A stretch of DNA of 64,000 nucleotides from an uncultured candidate division Zixibacteria bacterium (GCA_963801605.1 CAWDFP010000002.1:17148-81147), one strand, 5' to 3'. Shown: positions 21,454 through 31,352, numbered from the stretch's first letter. Numbers and translations: made by a program. Notes: generated from the letters alone by a model not told the origin.

Positions 21454-22079
21454 GATCGTTCCCCTTTTTATTAAGGCCAAGCTTCCTCGACAAGAACCAA
21501 TGAAATTCACAGATACTTATTAGTATCGATGTAATGCCATTTACAGATTGTAATTCGGCGACTCAATCTAAGTCGTCCGAGCTTTTCGATATTTGATCTA
21601 TATGATTGAATAAAACGCTTCAAATATCGAACAATCGCCAATATTCGCGAAAATCATGGAATTAAAATTTTGGCACGATATACTATTGGTAGGGTAAAAA
21701 TTTTACAGGAGCTTGTCAAGAGAATTCTATAATTGATATTGTAAACTGGAGAGAACTTCCTGTCTCAGTTTAATTTATGTGAATTTTAATGGGTGTATAT
21801 AGGCGAAAACCAAAACAGGACTCTGGTCCTGCTCAATTTATTAATCGTAAATTATTAGTTATTTCAGGAGCGTCAGTTTGGCGCTGGCTATCTGATTTCG
21901 AGTTGGAGATTTGAATTCAAATATTCCTATATTTTCCATGTTTATCGAAAAAAATGCTTGAAAATCATCGCAAATATTCGATATTACGGGCGAAAATGAT
22001 GAAAGCCCCTCGATAAACCTCCTCAAGGTAATAAGAGCCTTGATGAATCGAGGAACAGGAAAAATCGAAAGGAGTATCA

Positions 22080-22265
22080 ATGAGAGTCACAATAGACAAA
22101 GATCTATGCACCGGAGATCAAATCTGCGTTGATCTTTGCCCCGAGGTGTTTGAGATGGATGGCGATACCGCTAAGGTTATCGTGGATGAAGTGCCGGCCG
22201 AGTTCGAGGATGTCTGCAAGGAAGCATCAGAAAGCTGCCCAGCCGAGTGCATTAAGATACACTAA
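22080..22265 (+). CDS. Small monocluster ferredoxin (3Fe-4S/4Fe-4S)
   Basis: CTGDQICVDLCP...ESCPAECI (CxxDxxC...CP), acidic, AAGGAG RBS. Confidence 0.9.
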   Translation: MRVTIDKDLCTGDQICVDLCPEVFEMDGDTAKVIVDEVPAEFEDVCKEASESCPAECIKIH

Positions 22266-22305
22266 AATAATGTAATTGCGCGGTTAAGAAAAATCGCGGA
22301 ATATT

Positions 22306-22336
22306 AAGGCCCTGGAGATAACAGCCGGGGCCTTTT
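22306..22336 (+). terminator. Probable rho-independent terminator after ferredoxin
   Basis: AAGGCCCTGG-loop-CCGGGGCCTT followed by Ts. Confidence 0.6.
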
Positions 22337-22480
22337 AATTTTTATGGCCCGGCTTGAAATGAACTGCTATAATCCTAAAATTATTCGGTAATCGTAGAGC
22401 AAACGAAACTGAATACCATGAATTGCAGTTAATATCATGATAAAAGCGTCCTAAGAATGACGTTTAACAGGAGTGGTGTG

Positions 22481-23188
22481 ATGTACAGCGGCGAATATAA
22501 GAAGCTTTATAGAATCGACCTGGGCAGGACTCATTACCAGGATGCCTGGGATTTTCAGAAAAAACTGGTGACTTTACGATCCGAAAAAAAAATACCGGAT
22601 TGCCTTGTTTTTACCGAACATGAACCCGTTATCACCATGGGGCGGGCATCATCTCCGAAGAATCTACTCTGTTCCGCTCAATATCTGGCAGAGCATCATA
22701 TCGATTCGTTCGAGATCGAGCGCGGCGGCGATATCACCTTTCATGGTCCTGGGCAGTTGATCGCCTACCCGATTATCGATCTCAACTCGCACGGCCGCGA
22801 TCTTCATCGCTACCTTCGTGATCTGGAAAATCTGGTCATTGTCACATTATCCGACCTGGGACTCGAAGCCGGTGTTAAGAAGGGGCTGACGGGTGTTTGG
22901 ATCAAGGATACTAAGTTAGCGGCGATCGGAGTAGCCGTTTCGCGCTGGATAACATATCATGGGTTGGCGCTCAATGTGAATACCGATTTAGACTATTTTA
23001 AGCTGATCGTCCCCTGCGGTATCTCGAAATACGATGTCAGTTCGATTGCTAAACAACTTGGCAGAGAAACTGATCTGGCGATAGTCAACGATTTAATGGC
23101 TGCCAATTTTGCGCGAATATTTGGCTACGAAATTGAAGTTATTAAAGATATAGATTCAATAATCACCGAAATAGCAACTGTGGAATAA
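22481..23188 (+). CDS. lipB: Lipoyl(octanoyl) transferase
   Basis: EHEPVITMG, ERGGDITFHGPGQLIAYPI, KLAAIGV, HGLALNV and IVPCG motifs. ATG 22481 follows AGGAG. Confidence 0.95.
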   Translation: MYSGEYKKLYRIDLGRTHYQDAWDFQKKLVTLRSEKKIPDCLVFTEHEPVITMGRASSPKNLLCSAQYLAEHHIDSFEIERGGDITFHGPGQLIAYPIIDLNSHGRDLHRYLRDLENLVIVTLSDLGLEAGVKKGLTGVWIKDTKLAAIGVAVSRWITYHGLALNVNTDLDYFKLIVPCGISKYDVSSIAKQLGRETDLAIVNDLMAANFARIFGYEIEVIKDIDSIITEIATVE

Positions 23189-23201
23189 CTGATAAATAAA
23201 G

Positions 23202-23834
23202 GTGCTTATGCAAATAACTGAGCCCCGGATTAACGAATATATCCATAGCCTGCTGCCGTCAAAGGACAAGGTACTGGCTCAAATGGAAGCTTTCGCCAGA
23301 AAGAATAATTTTCCGATAATCGGCCCGCTTGTCGGCCCTATTCTAAGGCAATTGGCGATAGTCTCGGGCGCGAAAAAAATCATCGAATTGGGTTCCGGTT
23401 ACGGCTATTCGGCTTACTGGTTCGCCGGGGGCCTGATAAAAGGCGGCAAAATTATTTGTACGGATAACTCTGAGGAAAATCGCGTTAAGGCCCTGGCGTA
23501 TCTAAAAAGAGGCGGTTTTGGTTCGATGATCGATTACAGGGTTGGAGACGCTCTCGAAATACTTTCCAATCTCAAGGGACCTTTCGATATCATCTTTAAT
23601 GATATCGATAAAAAAGATTATCCGAAAGCGTTGGAACTGGCAATTCCTCGGCTCAGGCCGGGTGGACTTTTTATTACCGATAATGTCTTATGGTCAGGAC
23701 GAGTAATCGGCACTAAACCCGACGCTACGACGAAAGCTATTCTGGAATTCAACCGTAAGCTATTCAAAAGCAAACATCTGCTATCATCAATTATCCCTAT
23801 CCGTGACGGTCTGGCTGTCGCAGTGAAGCTATAG
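23202..23834 (+). CDS. SAM-dependent O-methyltransferase (COMT/Methyltransf_3 family)
   Basis: IELGSGYGYS, FDIIFNDIDK and DNVLWSG motifs. Confidence 0.85.
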   Translation: MLMQITEPRINEYIHSLLPSKDKVLAQMEAFARKNNFPIIGPLVGPILRQLAIVSGAKKIIELGSGYGYSAYWFAGGLIKGGKIICTDNSEENRVKALAYLKRGGFGSMIDYRVGDALEILSNLKGPFDIIFNDIDKKDYPKALELAIPRLRPGGLFITDNVLWSGRVIGTKPDATTKAILEFNRKLFKSKHLLSSIIPIRDGLAVAVKL

Positions 23835-23862
23835 TATCCTGATAGCAAATTCGCAGGTAATG

Positions 23863-23988
23863 CGGCCGGGGTTCCGTTCTCGACCAAAGGTCGAGCAGAA
23901 ATCCGATTGGGGCGAGTAACCATTATCAGAATGCCCCAATCGGATTTCTCCTTTGGTCCCCCAGGACCAAAGGGCGGAACCCCGGCCG
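23863..23988. repeat. Nested inverted-repeat element forming a four-way junction (REP/MITE-like or ncRNA)
   Basis: Perfect stems: 23863-76/23975-88 (14 bp), 23879-85/23889-95 (7 bp), 23897-913/23933-49 (17 bp), 23950-59/23964-73 (10 bp). Confidence 0.8.
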
Positions 23989-24010
23989 AGCGCAATCAAG
24001 ACCACAATTG

Positions 24011-24036
24011 AAAAGGGCGCTCCGGATGGAACGCCC
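24011..24036 (-). terminator. Rho-independent terminator of hppA
   Basis: Minus strand GGGCGTTCC-ATCC-GGAGCGCCC-TTTT just downstream of the hppA stop. Confidence 0.7.
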
Positions 24037-24063
24037 ATAAGATCGCTAATTTTGGCTATCGAT

Positions 24064-26325
24064 CTATATAAACAGCGGCGCCAGCACCAATGTGATTGTC
24101 GAAAGAAGTTTGATTAGCACGTGAAGCGACGGCCCGGCGGTATCTTTGAACGGATCACCAACCGTATCGCCAACAACAGCGGCGCCATGAGTCGGGTTTT
24201 TATATTTTTTACCGTTGGCGTCAGTAAGATATTTTCCGCCATGAGCGCCAGTTTCGATATACTTTTTGGCGTTGTCCCAGGCGCCACCGCCGTTATTCAG
24301 CACCAGGGCCATCAGGATGCCGGCTATGGTCCCAACCATCAGGAAAGCGGCAACAGCCTCAGCAGCGATCAAGGGATCATCTGTGCTCCTGAAAACCTTA
24401 AAGATTATACCAACCGAAATCGGGGCCAGGACAACCAATAACCCGGGTAAGATCATCTGACGTAAGGCCGCCTTGGTAACGATGTCCACGGAGGTTCCAT
24501 AGTCTGGTTCGAAATTGGCCGGGAACTGAATCATATCGTTTTCGCGGGGGAGAGGCGCATATTGGCGACGCACTTCCTGAATGATCGATTGGGCGGCCCG
24601 TCCCACGGCGCGGATTGCCAAAGAAGAAAAAAGAAAGACCAGCATGGCGCCCAAAAGCGCTCCCACAAATACCACCGGTTTCGAAAGATCCACTCTAAAT
24701 AGATATTCCGGCGCCAGACCGGCGTACTGCTTGACCTCATCCATATAAGCCTGGAAAAGCAGAAATGCCGCCAGGGCAGCCGAGCCGATAGCGTAGCCTT
24801 TGGTCAGGGCTTTGGTAGTGTTGCCTACGGAATCGAGTCGGTCCGTCTTTTTACGAATATCCTCCGGCTGTTGAGACATTTCCACAATACCGCCGGCGTT
24901 ATCCGTAATCGGTCCGAAAGTATCCATTGCCAGAATATAAGCGGCGGTAGCGAGCATTCCCATGGTGGCAACGGCAGTACCGAACAGCCCGCCAACGGGA
25001 AGACCGTTAACATCATTAATTCCACTGGCTCTGCCCAGGAAGAAAGAGGATAAAAGAGCCGCACCCATAACCAGAACCGGCAGGGCGGTGCATTCGAACG
25101 CCACCGAGATTCCGGAAATGATATTGGTAGCCGGGCCGGTTACTGATGCCTCGGCGATCGATTTTACCGGCCGATATTTATATTCGGTGTAGTATTGAGT
25201 GATATATACGAAAGCTACCGAAGTTAACACACCCACAATTCCGCATAAGAAGAAATGCCACCAGGCCTGAGGCGCCTGCGGGGTGTAAAGGAGCCAGCGC
25301 GTGGCCAATCCGAAGCCTATCATTGCCAGAATAACTGCCACATAATAGGCGCGGTTCAAGGCTGTCATAGGATCCATCTTTTCTTCTTTATCCAGCTTGA
25401 CCGCCATTATCCCAATTATCGATGCAATAATACCGAAGGCACGCGCGATCAGGGGAAACATGATAACCCCGATAATTCCCATTGAAAACACCATGCCTGC
25501 TCGTTGAGCCACAGCCGCCAGAGTAGCGCCCAAAATCATCGCGCCGATATTTTCAGCAGCCGTTGATTCAAACAGGTCCGCTCCACGGCCGGCGCAGTCA
25601 CCCACGTTATCACCCACCAGATCGGCAATCACCGCGGGATTACGCGGATCGTCCTCAGGTATGCCAGCCTCGACTTTGCCTACCAGGTCAGCGCCAACAT
25701 CGGCGGCCTTGGTGTAAATACCTCCGCCAAGTTGAGCGAAAAGCGCCACAAACGAGGCTCCAAAGCCATAACCAACGATGAGCAGCGGAATACGCGAGGG
25801 ATCGATTCCGCTAATGTAATGAACCAGAGTGTAGAGGCCCGCCACGCCGAGAAGGCTCATGGAAACTACCAGCAAGCCTGAGACAGCCCCGCCTCGAAGT
25901 GCAATGCGAAGGGCATCGTTGAGGCTGGAAATGGCCGCATGAGCGGTGCGGATATTACTTCTGATAGAAATCCACATCCCCACATACCCCGCGAAAACGG
26001 AGCATAGCGCGCCAAAAATGAATGAAACAGTAATCCAGGCCGCCAACTCCAGAGGATTATCCACCGGGTCAAAGCTATGATGAGACCTAAATACTCCGTA
26101 GCCCAAGAATAGGAAAGCCGCCAAAACCAGCGCCAGTAAAATAATCGTGCGGTTCTGCCGTCTCATGAAGGCCTCGGCGCCCGATTTGATGGCGTTGGAT
26201 ATTTTTTGCATCGCCTCACTTCCAACTCCGTGGCGCAGTACCCATCGGGAAAGATAAGCTGCAAATCCAAGCCCAAATAAGCTGATGGCGAGGACGATAA
26301 TGATCAATTGAACTAACTCATTCAT
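24064..26325 (-). CDS. hppA: Membrane-integral ion-translocating pyrophosphatase, K+-independent type
   Basis: GGGIYTKAADVGADLVGKVE, DNVGD, DNAGG, GNTTKA, GGAWDNAKK and GDTVGDPFKDT motifs. Confidence 0.95.
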   Translation of the reverse strand: MNELVQLIIIVLAISLFGLGFAAYLSRWVLRHGVGSEAMQKISNAIKSGAEAFMRRQNRTIILLALVLAAFLFLGYGVFRSHHSFDPVDNPLELAAWITVSFIFGALCSVFAGYVGMWISIRSNIRTAHAAISSLNDALRIALRGGAVSGLLVVSMSLLGVAGLYTLVHYISGIDPSRIPLLIVGYGFGASFVALFAQLGGGIYTKAADVGADLVGKVEAGIPEDDPRNPAVIADLVGDNVGDCAGRGADLFESTAAENIGAMILGATLAAVAQRAGMVFSMGIIGVIMFPLIARAFGIIASIIGIMAVKLDKEEKMDPMTALNRAYYVAVILAMIGFGLATRWLLYTPQAPQAWWHFFLCGIVGVLTSVAFVYITQYYTEYKYRPVKSIAEASVTGPATNIISGISVAFECTALPVLVMGAALLSSFFLGRASGINDVNGLPVGGLFGTAVATMGMLATAAYILAMDTFGPITDNAGGIVEMSQQPEDIRKKTDRLDSVGNTTKALTKGYAIGSAALAAFLLFQAYMDEVKQYAGLAPEYLFRVDLSKPVVFVGALLGAMLVFLFSSLAIRAVGRAAQSIIQEVRRQYAPLPRENDMIQFPANFEPDYGTSVDIVTKAALRQMILPGLLVVLAPISVGIIFKVFRSTDDPLIAAEAVAAFLMVGTIAGILMALVLNNGGGAWDNAKKYIETGAHGGKYLTDANGKKYKNPTHGAAVVGDTVGDPFKDTAGPSLHVLIKLLSTITLVLAPLFI

Positions 26326-26522
26326 ACCTGTTGGCTCCTCCGGTTAATTAAGGGCGATATGAGTGTTACTAACAAGTACGCCCTCTTGAAATAGGGCGAC
26401 CTTTAAAAATCATATTTAGGACTTCGCGACAATGCCTGTCAATCGAATAATCGGGCAATTCCAGATTACGAATCCGGAAAAAAAGTCCCTTAGAAATACT
26501 CGGAATTATCCGAAAGAGTTTC

Positions 26523-27668
26523 TTAAATGCTTTCCAGTGACAGGACTTGTCCGGAAGTTATATTCCTTAATAATAATGCTTCTCGTTGTCGAAATGCAAG
26601 AAAAATCAGCCGGTCTCGCGGAATCTCATCAAGGCTTATATCCCCGATATAACGCCATTCCTGCTCTCGGCTCCAGTCGACATCGACTCGGCCCAAGCTT
26701 TGAAAGTAAGGCTTATCAATATCGGAAAGTGCTTTGTAATCCGCGTCATTCCCATAAATAACGGGCCTGATACCAAGTGAAATGGCGGTTTCTTTCTCGA
26801 TAGCTATTCCATAAGGTTCGAAATTCCAATTTACATATTTCGGGCGCCAGCGCATCAGTTTTGTCAGGGCCTGTGATGGGTTAGCCTCGGTAAAACCGAT
26901 TGCAAAACGTCCTTCGCGCATTTTATTTGACGACGATCTAATTTTGCCGTCCCTGATAATATTGCCAAGTGTGTCAAAGGCTTGATGAGGATAATTATCT
27001 CCGGAAGACAGCAATTTCTCGTAAAAATCAGCCTTGCTTTCACCCGGCCAGGGACCGTGGCAGGTTTTGGTCCAATGAGTCAGATAATTCCAATTTTCAA
27101 AATCCGAAATAATATTGAATTCATAATGTGCGGGGCCCGCCAACGGTTTTTGATATTCGATTTTAAAATCGTTTAAGCACTTTCGGCAAACCTCTTCAAC
27201 TGAAATAATGGACTCCAATTTTCCACCGGGACGGATAGATACCGGCACCACTCGCGATGCCAGCTCAATGGCTGCCTGATCCCGTTTTTGCCAGGTATCT
27301 TTGGGATATCTGGCGTCTTCATCAGGCTTGATAAAAATCATGGCTGTTTTATGAGGTTCGAGACGGAACTCCGCCAGCGTTTCGGCAAATACAGTTTCGC
27401 CATTTTGATTATCATAAATCGGGCTGATGATTACTTGATTTCCGCCAGATTTATTCACTAAATGGATAGTCAATTCCCAGGTCGATAAACCCGCGCTGGT
27501 GATAATCGTATAGCCGGTTTTAACAAGTTCAGGAATAGTTTCTGACGTTTTTCTTACCCAGGAATCGTTGCCGCAGGGGGTTTTTGATTGGCTGCTATTC
27601 AGGACAACCGCAAGTTCATTCGATATTAAGTCTTTATTGCCCTGAATGATCATACAATGCTGAAACAA
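26523..27668 (-). CDS. Hypothetical protein: DprA/SLOG-like N-domain fused to an AbiGi/ADP-ribosyltransferase-like C-domain
   Basis: N-domain: IQGNKDLISNELAVVLNS, ELVKTGYTIITS, QKRDQAAIELAS. C-domain: LTHWT, IGFTE, PYGIAI, DWSREQEWR. TTG start directly abuts the ugd stop. Confidence 0.55.
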   Translation of the reverse strand: MFQHCMIIQGNKDLISNELAVVLNSSQSKTPCGNDSWVRKTSETIPELVKTGYTIITSAGLSTWELTIHLVNKSGGNQVIISPIYDNQNGETVFAETLAEFRLEPHKTAMIFIKPDEDARYPKDTWQKRDQAAIELASRVVPVSIRPGGKLESIISVEEVCRKCLNDFKIEYQKPLAGPAHYEFNIISDFENWNYLTHWTKTCHGPWPGESKADFYEKLLSSGDNYPHQAFDTLGNIIRDGKIRSSSNKMREGRFAIGFTEANPSQALTKLMRWRPKYVNWNFEPYGIAIEKETAISLGIRPVIYGNDADYKALSDIDKPYFQSLGRVDVDWSREQEWRYIGDISLDEIPRDRLIFLAFRQREALLLRNITSGQVLSLESI

Positions 27669-28964
27669 TCAACTTCTGCCAAAACCTGCGTAGCGGAATC
27701 CGGCTTTGCGTGCCAACTCGGGTAAATGAATATTGCGCGGGTCCAGCAGAGCATCACCTTTCATAAGATTTTTTAAGGCGGGTAAATCAAGCTCGCGGAA
27801 TTCATTCCATTCGGTCATAAAAATCACGATGTCGGCGTCCCGACAGGCATCGTATGAATTTTTGGCGTAATCAATTTGAGGGAAAAGTTTCTTGAAATTG
27901 TCCATAGCTACCGGATCGTAAGCCGAAACGATACCACCCTCCGCCAACAAGCGCTCAACAACGGACAAACTTGGTGAATTGCGGATATCATCCGTATTGC
28001 TCTTAAACGATAAGCCCAGGATGGCCAAACGCATTCCCTCGATTTTGCCAAGCAGATTATGAGCCTTAGTTATCACAAGTTCCCTTTGGCCATTATTTAT
28101 GCACTGAACTGCCCTGGGGATTTTCGGTTCCAGCCCGCATTTTTCCTCCATGGAAATCAGGGCGGCAATATCCTTTACCAGGCAGGAACCACCATAACCT
28201 GGAGAGGGGTGCAAGAACTTGGGCCCGATTCTGCCATCCATGCCCATCGCCTTGGAAACGGTTACAACATCCGCGCCGACGAAATCGCAGATGCCGGCAA
28301 TTTCATTGATGAAGGAAATCTTGGTTGCGAGAAAACAGTTGGAGGCATACTTGATAAGCTCGGCGGTAGTATTGTCCGTAACTACTGTAGGAGTTTCGAT
28401 AAGATATAATCCCCGATAAACCTCGCGCATGACCTCCTCGGCTTTTTTCGAGGGAACTCCAAGTATTATCCTGTTGGGAAGAAGAAAATCCTGAACCGCC
28501 GAACCCTCACGAAGGAATTCCGGATTAGAAACAACATCGAATGGCCCTTTAGCGCTGATTTTGATTTTTTCATATACCTGTCGATGAGTCCCGACGGGCA
28601 CAGTTGATTTTATGGCAATAACCTTATAATCGGTAATAAGCGCTCCCAGCTCCAGGCTGATATCAAACAGATCACTTAAATCCGGATCGCCATTGTCGCC
28701 TTCGGGTGTGCCTACTGCCAGAAATATGACTCGACTGGAATCAACAGCCTTTTTCAAATCCGAGGAAAAAGTCAGGCGCCCCTTAACGACGTTTCGTTTC
28801 ATTATGTCCGAGAGGCCAATTTCATAGATAGGTATTCCGCCGTTATTGAGGATTTCGATTTTTTGGCGGTCTTTATCGTAGCAAACCACGTCGTTTCCCA
28901 AATCGGCCAAACCGGCTCCGGCTACCAGGCCGACATATCCGGTTCCGACGATACAAATTTTCAC
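27669..28964 (-). CDS. ugd: UDP-glucose 6-dehydrogenase
   Basis: GTGYVGL, KSTVPVGT, NPEFLREG, KYASN and GYGGSCL (catalytic Cys) motifs. Confidence 0.93.
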   Translation of the reverse strand: MKICIVGTGYVGLVAGAGLADLGNDVVCYDKDRQKIEILNNGGIPIYEIGLSDIMKRNVVKGRLTFSSDLKKAVDSSRVIFLAVGTPEGDNGDPDLSDLFDISLELGALITDYKVIAIKSTVPVGTHRQVYEKIKISAKGPFDVVSNPEFLREGSAVQDFLLPNRIILGVPSKKAEEVMREVYRGLYLIETPTVVTDNTTAELIKYASNCFLATKISFINEIAGICDFVGADVVTVSKAMGMDGRIGPKFLHPSPGYGGSCLVKDIAALISMEEKCGLEPKIPRAVQCINNGQRELVITKAHNLLGKIEGMRLAILGLSFKSNTDDIRNSPSLSVVERLLAEGGIVSAYDPVAMDNFKKLFPQIDYAKNSYDACRDADIVIFMTEWNEFRELDLPALKNLMKGDALLDPRNIHLPELARKAGFRYAGFGRS

Positions 28965-30061
28965 GCTTTAACCTCCTGGATTACCCGCCGATCCTTGCCG
29001 TTGGTGCGGGAAAACCCGGAACCAACGCCGCTAATGGCTATAAAAATAGCCCCTAATCCCGCGAGCATATAAAAAGTGATAAATCGCCAGGCGCCAATCA
29101 GAATAGGTAGGATCGGGGACGGTACTACGCCGCTGAAAACCAGTCCGAAAGTAATTTCGGCGCCACCTACTGCGCCCGGAGTTGGAATCAGGATCATGGC
29201 GCTGAAAACTACCCATTGCAAAAGAAAATACAAAGCGAAATCGGGCTGATAGCCCAAACCGAGCACCAGGGCGCTTACGGCCCCATAACGGCAGCACCAT
29301 CCTAACCCCGAAAACAGGGTGCATATACCCAGCGTTAGCTTGCCGTTTCCCACGACAAATTTAAGGGCCGATATGAATTGCTGTCCAAAGTTTTTAAGCT
29401 GCTGATTTATTCGTTCGACGAAATTAAATCGTCCCAAATTTTCAGATGCTTTGTCTTTATCACGTCCCCATTTTCCGAATTTAATGATAAGATATACAAT
29501 CACCAGAGCAGTTAAGATCGCAATGACAATCGGCCAGTGTGAAATCAGATGATCCAATGCGAACCTTACATATTTATTGCTCCAGGCCTGGCTTAATATT
29601 ATTACCAGGGGAAGGGATATCGCAAAAAATATGGCATCCTCAATCGTACCCAAAAATGTCAGAAGAGCAGCTTCTCCCGGAGTGAAGCCATATCTAATTA
29701 AAAAACCGAGTTTAAAATATCCGCCGCCTGTCGAGGATGGTGTTACGGCGCTTCCAACGTCAGTTACCATAGCAGTCTTTAAGGCTTGAATTGGCTTCAA
29801 ACCATGAGAAAATACTCTGCTCCAGAGAAGAAGCCTGACTGTATGAGTAAACCAGGGCACGATTGCCAGGAACACCGCCAGAATGAGATAGCCGGGATGG
29901 ATATCAACTACATCCTTTAGAATGCGAAGTTTGCTTGTAGTCAGGATATAAATAATGTTGACGGCAATCGCAGAAGGTATGAGTATGGCTATCGGCTTAA
30001 ATAACTTTTCCAGCCGGAACTCCCTTAGGGAGCCAGGACCATTTTTGGAGGGTTGTACCAT
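28961..30061 (-). CDS. Lysylphosphatidylglycerol-synthase TM / flippase-like membrane protein (UPF0104)
   Basis: AVTPSSTGG, IPTPGAVGGAE and WRFITFY motifs; polytopic. Confidence 0.85.
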   Translation of the reverse strand: MVQPSKNGPGSLREFRLEKLFKPIAILIPSAIAVNIIYILTTSKLRILKDVVDIHPGYLILAVFLAIVPWFTHTVRLLLWSRVFSHGLKPIQALKTAMVTDVGSAVTPSSTGGGYFKLGFLIRYGFTPGEAALLTFLGTIEDAIFFAISLPLVIILSQAWSNKYVRFALDHLISHWPIVIAILTALVIVYLIIKFGKWGRDKDKASENLGRFNFVERINQQLKNFGQQFISALKFVVGNGKLTLGICTLFSGLGWCCRYGAVSALVLGLGYQPDFALYFLLQWVVFSAMILIPTPGAVGGAEITFGLVFSGVVPSPILPILIGAWRFITFYMLAGLGAIFIAISGVGSGFSRTNGKDRRVIQEVKA

Positions 30062-30069
30062 AATCAGGA

Positions 30070-31314
30070 CTAATCCACCTGCCTGGGTTTTTGATCTTGC
30101 AGTAGTCCATCAAAAAGTTTGCGGTAAAGTCCGAAAATGCGATCGGGCGCAAATCGGCGAAGAGTATATTCGGCGGCTCGTCCGCGAAGTGTTTCGAGCT
30201 TGAGATGATCATCGAGAAGCGCCATGATGATTCCGAGCATGCCGCCATTATCACCCTCGGGAACACAAAAACCATTTTGGCCATCGGATACCGCATCGAG
30301 AATACCCTCAATACCGGACGCCACCACAGGAACGCCGCGGACGGCGGCCTCCAATACAACCAATCCGAACCCTTCCATATCGCCTTCGACGGTGACGTTG
30401 GGCATAATGAACAGGTCTGCTGCCGCGTAGATATATTCCTTTAGTTCCTGAGAGACTCCGTTGAGATAGAAAATTCGAGGATGAGCGCTCAAGCGCACCA
30501 GATCATCATGCATGCTGTAAGAGCCAGCGGCCAATTGAAGGTATCGATGCAACTTCTCTCCCAAAAGCGGTCTGATAGATCCGAGCCAGACCGGCGTTTT
30601 GGGTTTGGGGCCGGCCACGATATAAATATAATCATCAGGCAAATGAGGGAAAACATCGGTGATAAACCGATCAAATCCCTTGCGTTTGACCGGTCTGCCG
30701 ATACTTATCAATACTTTTTTTTGACGAAGGTCTATTCCGATCTCTCGCTGTAATCGGCCATACAGCGCCTCGTTTTTAGGGATATGGGTTGGAGCTTTTT
30801 CAGCCGCGGGAGGAATGATCTCAATTTTGGAGGGATGGATTCCCCGTCGCTTAACCTGCTCCGCGGTAGCCCGGCTGATTGTGGTGATTTTATCGAGTTT
30901 TTCTAAAGCGCTGCAAAGCTGTTCCTGATACCAGGGGATCGGCAGGATCAAATCCAGACCATGAACCGCGCCGACAACTTTTTTATCCGATGTAGATCGA
31001 ATTCTCCCGCCTGTCAAGCAGGTGAAAGCATCGTCACAATGCACCAGGGCGGCATCGCTCCGACTTGTTTTATAGTTGAAAAGCGGAATTGAAAGCGGCA
31101 TCGCCCAATCAGGGCCTTTCCAAATTATCTTTCGGATATCGTAGTACCGGGAAAGCCCGTCGATTAATATGGTGCTGAGACGCTGGACGCCTCCGACCCC
31201 TGCCGGATTTTGACGAAGTAAAAAAATTACTTTGGGATTGAGCAGATCAGTCGGGGGTGCGGTTGGAGACTCTGTTACAACTCTATAATTATCGATTAAG
31301 ATTTTATGCGGCAA
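30070..31314 (-). CDS. Glycosyltransferase family 4 (PimB-like)
   Basis: GGVQR, VHGLD, GRPVKRKG and GDMEGFGLVVLEA motifs. Confidence 0.88.
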   Translation of the reverse strand: MPHKILIDNYRVVTESPTAPPTDLLNPKVIFLLRQNPAGVGGVQRLSTILIDGLSRYYDIRKIIWKGPDWAMPLSIPLFNYKTSRSDAALVHCDDAFTCLTGGRIRSTSDKKVVGAVHGLDLILPIPWYQEQLCSALEKLDKITTISRATAEQVKRRGIHPSKIEIIPPAAEKAPTHIPKNEALYGRLQREIGIDLRQKKVLISIGRPVKRKGFDRFITDVFPHLPDDYIYIVAGPKPKTPVWLGSIRPLLGEKLHRYLQLAAGSYSMHDDLVRLSAHPRIFYLNGVSQELKEYIYAAADLFIMPNVTVEGDMEGFGLVVLEAAVRGVPVVASGIEGILDAVSDGQNGFCVPEGDNGGMLGIIMALLDDHLKLETLRGRAAEYTLRRFAPDRIFGLYRKLFDGLLQDQKPRQVD

Positions 31315-31352
31315 AATAAACCCTCGTCTCTACCAAAGAATAATCAAAAATA

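Noticed and set aside
21671..21685. TGGCACG sigma54 -24 element in the TPR/ferredoxin intergenic region
   Set aside because: No TTGC -12 element at the required spacing (the sequence reads ATATACTA).
21700..22075. Several CAGGA/GGA motifs suggesting a CsrB/RsmY-like sRNA
   Set aside because: They are too sparse, not clearly in hairpin loops, and expected by chance in ~400 nt.
23863..23988. The four-stem element as a tRNA, SRP RNA, 6S RNA or CRISPR repeat
   Set aside because: It has no T-loop or anticodon geometry, no SRP domain IV motif, no 6S-like central bubble and no repeat-spacer periodicity; kept as an unknown element.
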